Source: an uncultured Ignavibacteriaceae bacterium (GTDB lineage: Bacteria; Bacteroidota; Ignavibacteria; Ignavibacteriales; Ignavibacteriaceae). From it: a stretch of DNA of 64,000 bases. Both the position numbers and the translations under genes were made by a program. Within the stretch, counting starts at the first letter, position 1. Every line of letters begins with the position of its first letter. Below are positions 23,827 to 34,357 of this stretch, in pieces. The stretch lies in assembly GCA_964596145.1 (NCBI GenBank), contig CAZQSR010000001.1, forward strand, positions 2,023 to 66,022, in the 5' to 3' direction. The notes under the pieces were generated by a model that worked only from the letters and a program-made list of their open reading frames with translations, did no database searches and was not told the DNA's origin.

Positions 23827-24369
23827 TTAACATCCACAAGGTTTGTTATAACTATTAGATCTTCTACTTTTTGGTCCACAGTTAGAAAAGCTTTTTCAAA
23901 TTATATCATATAAAAACTCAGCTTCTCTAAATCTTCCCAGTCTCATAGCTTCGGTATGTGCATATAAGATAACATGGTTTCTATTAAATGTTTCTAAATC
24001 AGATTCTTTTAAGCAATTATTTTTAACGTTCAATGCTAAATCCAACATAGTCTCATATACAAAATTTGTATTAGAACAATATGCTACTTCATTTTCTACT
24101 TCTGGAACACCCTCTGCATCTGGGACGATTCCGAATTCAATTTTATACATAGTTACATCCTCTCCAAAAGAAGAGGTTGCAATTCTCAAAACTTGTTTAG
24201 TTTTACTATGGTCATAAATTGAACTACAATCTACATAATCCTCATATTGATTTTCTCCTAAATATCTATATATATTTAATGTATTAAACCTATATGTAGA
24301 CGGTCTTTCTACGATTATATCCAAATATTTACTATCTGGAGATATTCTTATTAAACTAATATGTATCAT
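23827..24369 (-). CDS. hypothetical protein (180 aa under code 4)
   Basis: ATG at 24367-24369 (MIHISLIRISPD) overlaps the upstream TAA. TGA at 23896 is read through to TAA at 23827-23829. The first 36 aa of track ORF 23896..24477 are an artefact. Confidence 0.6.
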
Positions 24370-24644
24370 TATTTTTTGGTAAGTTTGGCCGCAAGCCCAA
24401 GAGCTCCACAAGCAGTTAATATATAACCAGAAATTGTGAAAATTAATGGATGAACACCATATCCTTGTAAGTTTCATAATACATCAGCACTAATAACTCC
24501 AGCAGCGGATGTTCCTATAATTATTGTGAAGTTTAAAATTTTTTTTCAAAATTCATTAATTTCTTCTCCCCAGCGATTTTGTATCTCTCGTATGATATTT
24601 TGTACTTCTCGGATGATATTTTGTACTCCTCGTATTATCTTCAT
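24369..24644 (-). CDS. small two-TM membrane protein (91 aa under code 4; holin-like topology)
   Basis: ATG at 24642-24644 overlaps the portal TAA. It has two in-frame TGA and two hydrophobic segments (ILNFTIIIGTSAAGVISADVLW, VHPLIFTISGYILTACGALGLAA). The N-terminus carries a tandem VQNIIRE repeat. The track misses this gene. Confidence 0.55.
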
Positions 24645-26839
24645 TATGTATTCTGTATTTCGTCATTCTTTTTATTATTATCTAAAAGCTGCAGTCCTTC
24701 TAATTGAATTCTTTTCTTTTCTCATTCGAGCATTTCTTCTTTGTAAGCACTATCAGTTCTGGCTTTAAACCAATCTATATTTTTTGAATGTTCTAATTTT
24801 TCTTTTTCAAGTTGTAATTTCTCATTATTCAATGATTGGATTTGTTGTTGTAATTTCTGAGTTTCCTGAGTAGCCTGTTTTAACTGTTGATTAAGTTGTT
24901 CCACTTGTTGTGTTAATTGACCAACTTGATTTGCTTCTTCTTTCTTAATCTTTAAAGCATTTAAAACATCATGTTTCATTTTAGTCAGTCCCGTTGCAGT
25001 TACTACTTCAAGTATTACTTCCGGGTCAACAATACCTCCTTTTATAAATTCAAAGGTTAATTGTTTCATAGTTTCCTGCTCTTTTAGAACATCTTGTGTA
25101 TCCGCAATATGAACATCATGATCAGTAAGTGTATAATATTCTGGAAGTGCTGTAAATGTTTTATTTAATTTATCACCTAACACTAATGTTCCAGTAATTC
25201 CATTTTTATATACAACTTTTGCAAGATTTAATAAATCTATCAACATTTCACGAGTCATTAAATCCATTGTGTGATAGTACTGTTTAGTTATAAAACTAGA
25301 TTGTCTAACTCCAACTTGTACATTAGTTACAGCATCTCGCTGTTCAATTCCTCCAAGTTTTTCTCTAAAAACTCCTGTTATTGTTGAACAAGTTTCTTCT
25401 ACTCTCTGAATTGCAATATCAATTGCTTGAATTGTTTGCATTTTAATTGTATCATCAAATCCTCCAAATGTTGTATTCATTGGTGGAAGTCCCTCTTGAG
25501 AACTATCGATCAGAGCAAGTCCTTGTTTCTTGTAAGCTTTCCACTTCATTAAACGTTCAGTTAAATCTGAACCTAAAAATTTAGGTAAATATGCTACATC
25601 AATTCAATCACCAACTGTTCCAGATTCTGCAATTACATTATCACGATAGAAGCATAATACATCAAATTTATCCTGTAAGTTTGCAGTAGCAAGCATTAAT
25701 GATATTGGATCTCCGTTTCTATCTGCATAAAAAATTCCATTTATTGATAAATTACACTCATTAGGTTCTGTGATACTTCTGAATACTTCTTCTGATTTAC
25801 CAAGTGGAATATATATTTGTCCTCCTATTCTTACTCCTTCATATCTGTTTACAACATACTCTTTTCCTTCTTTTTCAGTTTTTAATCACTCTACTTCATA
25901 AACAGGATACATTTTGAAGTATTTGTTAGTATTCCTTTCATATGGTAACAATGGAGTAACTTCAAATCCTCCAAGTATTCCATCAGATATTGTATTTCCA
26001 ACTACTGAGTCATAACTTCTCAAATAAGTAGTACTTGAACCATCAATACTAAAATCTTCAAGTGTATCAAGTACATCTAAATCTTCTTTTAAAATTAAAT
26101 GGCCATATCTTGCTAATATTTGATCTTTAGTCAGATATTCACGATAAACTGCTCTCATTGATTTCTTTAAATATGGTGAGGCTGGATTCCTATCAATAAA
26201 TGTATTAAGTGGATTTAATACTTGTAACTTCATACTTGTTTCAGACTCAGATTTAAAAGTCTTATAATAACAAGTTCCAGAAATAAGTAAATCCGTTAAT
26301 AATGTTTTTCTTTTTTCTTTGAAATCAATGTCTTGTGATTGGGTTATTCAATCTACAATATTTTGTGCTGCAATTTCATAATCTGATATAAAGTTTTGTT
26401 CCAATGAAGATTTTATTTCAAGAAGCTGTTTTTCTGTAATTGGATCATTAATCTCTTGTCCATATACAGTACTAAGAATTGTATTCTTTAATATTTTTTT
26501 AAGACCTGAGACAACTTCTGAATGAATTTTTAATTGTTTTTCTCTATATATATTTGATAAAGTTTCTTTATCTTTACAGGAGATTCTTGGAAGTAACGGT
26601 ACACCCAAATACTCCCCAATTAGAACATCTACATGTTTTCTTACTAGTGGGACAAATTCAACTGAAGTAGCTGTTCCTATTCCATAATTTTCTTCTAGGT
26701 GTCTAAATTGTTCTGGATCTCTTTTTCCGTGGTAGTAGTTATATGCTTTAATTAGTTGGGTTTTTTCATAAACAAGGTCATTAATTGCCCTATCAATGTT
26801 CACAATAATCTCAGCTTGTTCTTTATTTCATTTTTCCAT
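24644..26839 (-). CDS. portal protein (putative, 731 aa under code 4)
   Basis: Track fragments 26348..26803, 25886..26233 and 24722..25549 share one frame. The gaps contain only TGA, with 5 in-frame TGA in total. The ATG at 26837-26839 overlaps the upstream TAA, and TAA is at 24644-24646. Its size and its position next to the terminase fit a portal. Confidence 0.6.
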
Positions 26840-27123
26840 TATCTTTCACGTTCTTCTGTTAATCGGTTTACTCTATAAAAATAAACTCTAATATAATTCC
26901 GAATTCTAAATTCTTCTTTGATAAAATCCAAAAATTCTTCATCAGAGTTAGCATCACAAGCAATACTTGTAGGAGTCATGTAGCTAGGTAAGCCTATATT
27001 TAATCTATAAGATGTTCCATTTTGGGTAACATTTATAGATCCCTCGTATTCTGACTTATATAAATTCCTTATATAATCAAGAATCATCTGCACTAATTCT
27101 GGTCTTTCCATCCCTCTCTTCAT
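26839..27123 (-). CDS. hypothetical small protein (94 aa)
   Basis: Intact ORF ending in TAA, lying between terminase and portal. Confidence 0.6.
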   Translation of the reverse strand: MKRGMERPELVQMILDYIRNLYKSEYEGSINVTQNGTSYRLNIGLPSYMTPTSIACDANSDEEFLDFIKEEFRIRNYIRVYFYRVNRLTEERER

Positions 27124-29173
27124 TTGTTAACGGTATTACTCCGTAATGTTTATATCCTTTAGAATCTGTGTATCATCCAATATCTCTAAATTGATTACTT
27201 TTGGGTTCCCTTTCTGTTGGTTTTTTCATTGACAATTCTTCATCCCCAAGCTCAGCCATTCCCATTGCAGCTACAATGTCAAATTCTTTCTTTCTTTCAT
27301 CAGAATAATTTAACAACTGATCAACTACCTCTCTAAATGCAATCGTATGTGAATAATCTATACAAAAATCGTATATTAATTCCCTATAATGATTAATTAC
27401 TTTTGGAGGTGTTGGTGTGCCATACATGTTAGAGTTACCTTTAGATACATCAGGCATAGTTGCTCTTGGTCTTTTCATAAGTAGATTTAAATATTTATGA
27501 TCCCTGAAATAAGTTAAAATTGCAGTTCTAGTAGATTCTAAAACAGCTTTACATCCATAGTAAGTTAGTAGTTTTGCTGCGGTTTCGTAAGCTTCTCTAG
27601 GATCTTTAGGTCTATCTTTATATATCGCAACATACTTAGGTTCAGATAGTCCAATAACCCTTTTTTTAATTATAATACAAAATTCCGATACTTTCCCTGA
27701 TGAATCTTTTTGTGATGAATCCGCTGTTCCAATATCAATTGAGTCTATACCGCCTACATATAAATGTTGATACTCAGACCCATTCTCAGAAATCATTGGA
27801 TGTTCTAAAATTTTAATCTTTCCATTTTCATCATCGAATCTCCATTTAACTCTTCCAGTTCTTTTTTCAGTGTGTTTATCAATTTCCCATACTAAAGATC
27901 CTGTCTTGGGCAATTCTACTGTTTTATAAATATCAATAGCTGCCATTTGCTGAGCTAATTCTTCTCTTGGGAAAAACTCACTATCTTGCTGAATCAATGC
28001 TTCATCAATAGTAAAACAATACTCAGATTTATATTCTAGTAAATCTTTGGGATCTCCTACTTTTTTAGCCCTTTCTTTTAGATAGTATTCTTTTGCCTGT
28101 TCTGGATTACATCATCCTCTACTATCAACTAATTCATAGACTATTCTATACGCGGGTATAAATAATCCAGTTGTTACTCATCGCCCATCTTCGGTATAAT
28201 TATGCCTAACTGGTAAAATATTATATGCATCAGGATTCAGTGTTAGTTTTTTCAATCCTTCCATTGAGCTTGCTTTAGAGGAACCACCGGTACCAAATGC
28301 TAGTCGTCTACCAACTCGTTTTCCTCCTAACACTGTTATTAAAGCTTCTCCTTTAACCCACTTTTTTATTAAGAGATTATCTGCTCCAGCTTCTTCATAA
28401 ACTAGTAACTGAGTTCTATCTCCTCTTAATTTATCTGGATCATCACAAACTAATCCTTCAACTTCTGACATATGACCTGATTCTGCTCCATCTTTTGATT
28501 TTTTAGACGCTCTTTTATGAGTTTTTGTATTAATATTCATACGCACTCGCCTAAATGCCCCCTCAGTGTTATCGTTAAGTCAGTCTAATTGTAATCATAT
28601 TTTTGAAAGTGTAGGACCTAAATGCCCTGCGGAAAATGCTGAAATAACTGTGCGGAAATTAGGAATAGTAGTGTAAGGTCTAACTGTAAGTGATGCAGCA
28701 ATTTCCGACCAACCTATTCCACGAGATTTCAATGCAGACGTATCTTTCTTCAATAATTCGCACATTTCTGAATAATGAAAATACTCATATTGAAAAACAA
28801 AGAACTCTGGAAACCCATAATCCTGATTTATTGTTCCAGAATCAGAAGATTTTAAGTTGTAGAAATTCAAGAAGAAATAATTATCCCCAGTTAATCTGTA
28901 ACCATTGGATTCATATCCTTCATTACATCTTCTCTTTCTTTCAATCCATCAATCTCTATGAGTTTTAGAGCCAATAGGAATTGAAGTTGGACTGTATCTT
29001 CCAGTCCTTAATTTATTTATTGCGTCTTCTTTAAATCAGTTTGGGTTAAAATCTAATCCTTCTCTATCATTAATTGGCCGATATTTTGTTAAATAGTATG
29101 ACTTGGTATTATCAAAATACTCAATAGTATCATTAGGTCCAAAATCTCAACGTATTCCATCTATTATTTCCAT
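27056..29173 (-). CDS. terL: terminase large subunit (705 aa if TGA 27173 is read through; 666 aa if it terminates there)
   Basis: Fragments 28595..28870, 28178..28546 and 27173..27997 share one frame, with 8 in-frame TGA. ATG at 29171-29173 lies directly after the upstream TAG. Walker-B-like LLVYEEAG and a nuclease-domain GGIDSIDIGTADS motif are present. Confidence 0.75.
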
Positions 29174-29175
29174 GA

Positions 29176-29751
29176 CTAATCAAACATTCCGACTTCTGTA
29201 TTTCCTCTAATGGAACTTTCAGTATCTAGTCCTTTTTTAACTTGTAATTCTAACTCTCTTAGTGATGAAATTAAATCCTTACAACCCTTAATCTCTGCAA
29301 TTAAATCTTTACTTTTAAAAATTGGTTTTCCAGTTACCGTATCACGCTCTTGTAAATCTACATTATTTAAATAGAATATTTGTTTATCTACAGCAGACAT
29401 TGCAGCTTTTAGTAACTTTATATCAAGCGATGAATTTTGTATCTCATCATATTTTCTACAAGCTGCTTTAAATAAAGGGTCGTTAAATTCTTCATCTGTT
29501 AATTTAGAATCTTTTAAAGATTCTACATGACGTTCTTGCTCTGGGAATTGAAAATAAGGACTTTCTCAATCAAAGAATAAGTAAATATACTTTAATTCTC
29601 TAAAAGCCCTTTGTTTCTTTTTTCCAGTTTTATCGTCTTTAGTTTTATTTCGAGCATCTGCTAATAAATCTTCAAATTCTTTTATTAACAATATATTTTC
29701 CTGTTCTATTGAAACGCTACCACTTACATTATCATATACGAAAAATTTCAT
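29176..29751 (-). CDS. hypothetical protein (191 aa under code 4), candidate small terminase by position
   Basis: Track ORFs 29566..29751 and 29176..29400 are in the same frame, joined through TGA at 29566. It ends in TAG and lies immediately upstream of terL. Confidence 0.55.
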
Positions 29752-29761
29752 ATTTTATTTT

Positions 29762-30766
29762 TTATTTATTAAATCCTTGTTTAGGAACTAGTCCTAGAAC
29801 TGCTGGAACATTTACAGGCTTAGCTAAACTAGGATATTCAATTTTTACTTCCCCAGTATTTCTACCTTTTTGTTTTATTAATTTTAACAGTTTCAAATTA
29901 TCAGCAGCACTGAAATTATAACTACTCATTCCTAATTCTTTTGCCAATGCAGCTCTTGCTGTTTTATCAGAGGCTCTTCCCATTGAGTTGAGGTAGTCTA
30001 CAACTGAAATGTTAGGGTTTGATTGGACTGAAGTAGTAGTTTTAGCTGGCACCTTAGTTTCAGTTTCAGCTGGAGTTGTTACTGTTTCAGTTTCAGTTTT
30101 AGGTGCAATAGTTTGTACTGGTTTAGCTGTTACAACTGTTGTGGTTTTAGTAATTGGTTTAGCAGGCTCTCTCAACATTCCAGATTTCTTTTTGGCATCA
30201 TATCAATATTGAGTTTTTGGTACATAATTTAAATCTCCATATCTGAAAAAATCACTTAAAGTATTAACTAAATTAGTTATAGACGCTCTCTGAGATTCAG
30301 CATTTGATTTTTGTCTGTAATAGTCAGCAGCGGATTTAATTTGATAACCTTGTTGCAACTTCTGAATTTCACCGCCTTTTTCAAGTTTAGGTTTACATCC
30401 ACAAGCACAACTCTGTACCATTTTTCCACCCTTATCTTTTTTTGTAACTAACTCACATCCACAAGAGCATTTTTTAGACTTCATCTTTCCTCCCTTTTTA
30501 AGAAATTGTAAATAGTCTAACTTTCCTCCTTCTTTAAAATAAGGCATTTGTTCTTGCTCTTGTTCTAGAGCTGATAATTCTTGCTCTAATTTACCAGATT
30601 CCCCAAGATCTTGAATGTATTTCATAATTTCATTTTTATCCTGCACATTTTTATTCAAACTTGAGATAATCTCTTCCTCTGACCCATTGTAAATTTCGGG
30701 TTTAATTTCTTTAGCTTTTTTTACTACTAATTGTGTCAGTAGTTGTTGGAATTTTTCCTCCTCCAT
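29762..30766 (-). CDS. hypothetical protein (334 aa under code 4) with a Cys-rich middle and a Thr/Pro/Glu-rich linker
   Basis: Track ORFs 30203..30766 and 29762..30178 are in the same frame, joined through TGA at 30203. It ends in TAA. Confidence 0.65.
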
Positions 30767-30767
30767 T

Positions 30768-30989
30768 TTATATTTTCTTTAAATCTTTAGTATTGAATAC
30801 ACTCTCCTGTAATTCTCCTGTATTGGTAAATCATCGGCATAAGATTCCTTGAAAGAAATCTCCTTTAATACTTTCAGTTTTAATTGTTTTTGTAACTCTG
30901 CGAATTACATACATTGTTGGTTTATTTGGCAACTCTTGTCTAAGAGTCACCATATCACCAGGTAAAAAGAATACTTTATCTGTTTCCAT
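30768..30989 (-). CDS. small DUF2158/YodC-like protein (73 aa under code 4)
   Basis: ATG at 30987-30989. The sequence is GDMVTLRQELPNKPTMYV...GILCR-W-F, with the W encoded by TGA at 30831-30833. As I recall this family, the C-x-W-F Trp is conserved. The track misses this gene. Confidence 0.55.
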
Positions 30990-31097
30990 AATTCATTTAT
31001 TTTTATCGGTCAATTCAGAGGTAGTTTCTCTGATATTTTAAAAATTCGACCCATTCATTATTTACCATTTTTAATTCCCACTTTAAGGTGTGGATAC

Positions 31098-31619
31098 CTA
31101 TTTTTTAATACGATCTTTGAGATCGGTATTTAGAGCTGCTAAGATTGCATTTTCTTGAGTAAGAACATAACCTAGAGTCATAAATGGAAGAGGATATACG
31201 GTTCGTCCATCATAATATACATCATCTCCTGGTTTAAGGAATGTACATTTAGGACCTACTTCAATAACTTTCCCACATTTAATACCTTCTTTTAGTTGAT
31301 CCATTTCTCCAGAATCTGGATTTTTAAATGATCCATCATAATCAACAATAATACTTCCTTCTACAACTTTGCGATAAGGATTTCTTGGATAAGGACTAAT
31401 GATGACTTTATTTTCTAACGGCATCAATTCAAGAGTTTCAAGTTTTGCATTGATTTCTTCTTGTTTTGCTTTTTCTAACTCTAAAAGCATTTTTGACGCT
31501 TCTTCAATTTCTTTTTGATTTCTTAACTCCTCAAATTCCTTTTCAAGAGGTGCTCCTGGAACAATTAAATTCTTATTCATAAAATATTTACCACCTGCTT
31601 CTCCTAATGTCTTTGCCAT
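31098..31619 (-). CDS. GroES-like co-chaperonin with N-terminal coiled-coil extension (putative)
   Basis: LMPLENKVIIS, GKVIEVGPK, LKPGDDVYYD and ENAILAAL follow the Cpn10 motif order. Confidence 0.5.
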   Translation of the reverse strand: MAKTLGEAGGKYFMNKNLIVPGAPLEKEFEELRNQKEIEEASKMLLELEKAKQEEINAKLETLELMPLENKVIISPYPRNPYRKVVEGSIIVDYDGSFKNPDSGEMDQLKEGIKCGKVIEVGPKCTFLKPGDDVYYDGRTVYPLPFMTLGYVLTQENAILAALNTDLKDRIKK

Positions 31620-31635
31620 AATTTTTTCCCTTTCA

Positions 31636-31908
31636 TTACCACTTATTCAGTGGACATTTAACATTTAATACTTTCACTTTACTTTTTAATACACATCCAC
31701 ATCCGTTTTTAAATCCTATTTTAGGATATAGACTCGTTTCATCTGTTATTGGATTTAAATAAAGTTTTTTATTACAAACTAATCCAAAAATTGCATCTTC
31801 TTTTAACAATTTACATTTCTTGCAAATTTCTAATCTTTCTTTTGAGTAATCAGTATCTATATTTAATATGTTTTTAACAGTACCTTCCACTATTTGAGTA
31901 ATAGACAT
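31636..31908 (-). CDS. Cys-rich small protein (90 aa)
   Basis: Intact ORF ending in TAA, with CxxC-type pairs. Confidence 0.6.
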   Translation of the reverse strand: MSITQIVEGTVKNILNIDTDYSKERLEICKKCKLLKEDAIFGLVCNKKLYLNPITDETSLYPKIGFKNGCGCVLKSKVKVLNVKCPLNKW

Positions 31909-32210
31909 AGTATTAACCCTCCTACAAAACTTCCCCCTATATAATAAGGGATATTTTTAATTGTTTTATTTTGCTTAGTAATTTGCTCTTTCAAGTTATC
32001 GTTTAATTTTTGGATATCAGTATTCCAATTTTTTAATGTAACAATTGTTCCATCCTTTGCTTGAACGATTGATTTATAAGCGTCTACTTGTAATTTTAAA
32101 TCAGAATTAATTTGTTCGTTTAGAAGATTCAACTCTTTATGTGTCTCTAATTCTGCCATATATAATCGTAATCTAACAATTTCATCTTTTGTGAATGTCA
32201 TAACAATCAC
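31890..32210 (-). CDS. coiled-coil protein with C-terminal TM segment (106 aa)
   Basis: Intact ORF ending in TAG. C-terminal hydrophobic stretch IGGSFVGGLILCLLL. Confidence 0.6.
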   Translation of the reverse strand: MIVMTFTKDEIVRLRLYMAELETHKELNLLNEQINSDLKLQVDAYKSIVQAKDGTIVTLKNWNTDIQKLNDNLKEQITKQNKTIKNIPYYIGGSFVGGLILCLLLK

Positions 32211-32217
32211 AGTATCT

Positions 32218-32577
32218 TTATCTTGATCCTTTATAATCTTTCAATTCTCTGACGATTGACTCAAGCCACCTAGCGTGCTCAGCAGCAGAAGCATCACGAA
32301 TAACATTAACCTTTTCATTGTAATTATTAATTATAACTGTTTTTCTATTTTCTAGACTATCTACTTTGTAAGATAAACTATCTATTGTATATTTCGACTT
32401 CTCAACAACAGAGTTGAGTGAGTCAATTGTTTTAAGATATTTCCAAGAATGATCCTCAATTTCGGGAGTAGGTTTATTTATAAAGTAAATATACAACCAT
32501 GAACAGAAAACAATTGCAAACGTTGCAATAAGTAGACTAGAAATTAATCTTCCGTCTAGATTTTTTAAATTCTTCAT
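32218..32577 (-). CDS. N-terminal-TM coiled-coil protein (119 aa)
   Basis: Intact ORF ending in TAA. TM segment LISSLLIATFAIVFCSWLYIYFI. Confidence 0.6.
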   Translation of the reverse strand: MKNLKNLDGRLISSLLIATFAIVFCSWLYIYFINKPTPEIEDHSWKYLKTIDSLNSVVEKSKYTIDSLSYKVDSLENRKTVIINNYNEKVNVIRDASAAEHARWLESIVRELKDYKGSR

Positions 32578-33472
32578 ATTCTATTTCTTTTTTATAATGT
32601 GTAAGCATTCTTTCAACATCTTGTTTTCTATATTCACACTCATATTCTGTTACATTTCCTTCATGATCATGGTGAATCAATTGAAGTAGTTTAATATTAA
32701 ACCTGGAGTCTATTTTCTGAATCATCCATGCATAAGTAGATAACTGCAGAGTATAATGCCAAAAATTAGAATCATCTATATGATTTAAAGGATATTTTAA
32801 TTTTTGTGATTTTTTTAATTTTCTATCATAGAAAGACTTTAAGTCAATTTTTTTGTTAGTTTTGAAATCTAGAATATATACATCCCAACCATCAATAATA
32901 ACTAAGTCAGCTTGTCCGGCAAGTCTAAGTTTTCCATCATCAGATATTCTAGAAAGCAATAACTCAGGATATACTCCTTGACCCGATTCTATTTTATTTG
33001 TAGTAGTTGTTTTAAAATTTCCTCCTAAACCTAATCGTTGTATTTCTGGACTTTTTCCTGCTAATGCAAGGAGCTCTTGTTCTCTATGGATTGCTGTTCC
33101 TCTAATACAAGAAGTTTCACGTTTTTCAGTCCATTCAGCAAGTATTTCGTTTTTTCTTTCTAAAAAATCTTTGTCTGAAATTTTGAATAATTCTAGATAA
33201 TCTGTAGTAAATTGTTTAGTATCTAATAGTTTGGATTTAACTTTTAAAAAATCATCTGGGCTTATCAATGATTCTAGGGTCTTATAAGAAGCCCAAAACT
33301 CTTCATCAAAGGTTGTATATCTGTGTATAAGTGTAGTTACTGATATACAATGTTGTTTTGTATCTTTAACCCAATATTTATGCAGCTCATCATTGTAGCT
33401 TACAAGGTCATTTTCTTTATCAATTTTTAGATTTTCATAATCTATTTGTTTCATGGTCATGTTCATTTTCAT
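32537..33472 (-). CDS. PD-(D/E)XK (RecB/Cas4-like) nuclease
   Basis: GQADLVIIDG...YILDFKT...LQLSTYA matches the D...(D/E)xK...QxxxY arrangement. Confidence 0.6.
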   Translation of the reverse strand: MKMNMTMKQIDYENLKIDKENDLVSYNDELHKYWVKDTKQHCISVTTLIHRYTTFDEEFWASYKTLESLISPDDFLKVKSKLLDTKQFTTDYLELFKISDKDFLERKNEILAEWTEKRETSCIRGTAIHREQELLALAGKSPEIQRLGLGGNFKTTTTNKIESGQGVYPELLLSRISDDGKLRLAGQADLVIIDGWDVYILDFKTNKKIDLKSFYDRKLKKSQKLKYPLNHIDDSNFWHYTLQLSTYAWMIQKIDSRFNIKLLQLIHHDHEGNVTEYECEYRKQDVERMLTHYKKEIEYEEFKKSRRKINF

Positions 33473-34188
33473 TTATCATTTTTCTCCATCTCTTTTTGCA
33501 GTTCTTCAAAATTTATCATAGAACTTATAAGTTGAGCTGATTTAGCTACTTCAGTTAGTGATGCTTTTTTATCAATAGTTTTCTCAATTTTAGTGATAAC
33601 AATAAATCCAATAACCTCATCAACTCCTTGTAAAGCGTAAAACAACGCAGATTTTATGGACATAGGTTTAAAAAGTTCATATACTATAGGATATTGAATT
33701 TTAATACTTTCTAAATCCTCAACATAGATAGATCCCTCATTTTCTAGTCTATGGATAAATCCAGCTAATAATGATAAATTTATTTTTTGAAATCTATGAG
33801 ATATAGGAGTTAATTCTGGTGTATTGACTTCAGCTACAGCTGAGGTGTATAAAAAGGGAAGACCAACTAAATTTTTAGTCCCATTGGAATACTCAAAAAC
33901 CAACGCTCTGTCAGAATTAGTATCTTCTGCTAATTCTTGTAAAATTGTTTTTACATTTTGAGAAAATTGCTTTCTAATACTATTACCAATTTTATGTGCA
34001 TTTTTATCTTGTTCTAGTTTTGCTGCGATCCTTTTATCTAAAGCTTTTCCAGAAGAACTATTTGTAAAAATAATATAACCTACCAAAGCTAAAGGTAGTG
34101 TACTTGATAACATAAATAGAAGTAGTACCACTACTCCAAATTCTTTTAAAAGGTAAAATAAAAATTCTACTAATACTTCCATTAACAT
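33469..34188 (-). CDS. membrane-anchored hypothetical protein (239 aa)
   Basis: Intact ORF with an N-terminal TM segment. It ends in TGA in an ATGA overlap with the next gene. Confidence 0.65.
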   Translation of the reverse strand: MLMEVLVEFLFYLLKEFGVVVLLLFMLSSTLPLALVGYIIFTNSSSGKALDKRIAAKLEQDKNAHKIGNSIRKQFSQNVKTILQELAEDTNSDRALVFEYSNGTKNLVGLPFLYTSAVAEVNTPELTPISHRFQKINLSLLAGFIHRLENEGSIYVEDLESIKIQYPIVYELFKPMSIKSALFYALQGVDEVIGFIVITKIEKTIDKKASLTEVAKSAQLISSMINFEELQKEMEKNDK

Positions 34189-34225
34189 CTAATTTTTAAA
34201 ATTATTATAATTTATTTTCTATTTG

Positions 34226-34233
34226 CAAAGATA
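34226..34233 (-). promoter_or_regulatory. -7 promoter box TATCTTTG
   Basis: Plus-strand CAAAGATA, about 40 nt upstream of the ATG at 34188, in an AT-rich intergenic region. Confidence 0.5.
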
Positions 34234-34321
34234 ATTATTTATTTTAATATAAAATATATTTAAAGGAAATATTTGTATTTTAAATCTTAATATGAGTTTA
34301 ATTAATATGTTTACTATATAT

Positions 34322-34351
34322 TAAAAAAAGGAGACAGAATATTCTGCCTCC
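34322..34351 (-). terminator. rho-independent terminator after phoH
   Basis: GGAGGCAGAA / TTCTGTCTCC stem followed by a U7 run on the minus strand. Confidence 0.75.
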
Positions 34352-34357
34352 CAATAA

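Noticed and set aside
24370-24768. Plus-strand ORF 24526..24768 and the first 36 residues of track ORF 23896..24477
   Set aside because: Both overlap the better-supported minus-strand two-TM gene (24369-24644). The plus-strand ORF merely reflects the tandem DNA repeat, and the N-terminal extension is out of register with the TAATG-coupled start at 24369.
1-31000. Interpretation of the fragmented late genes as pseudogenes or a degraded prophage
   Set aside because: Every break is a TGA in the same frame. No frameshifts and no TAA/TAG were found in the scanned gaps. Merged ORFs end exactly where the next gene starts. A matching UCA tRNA is also present.
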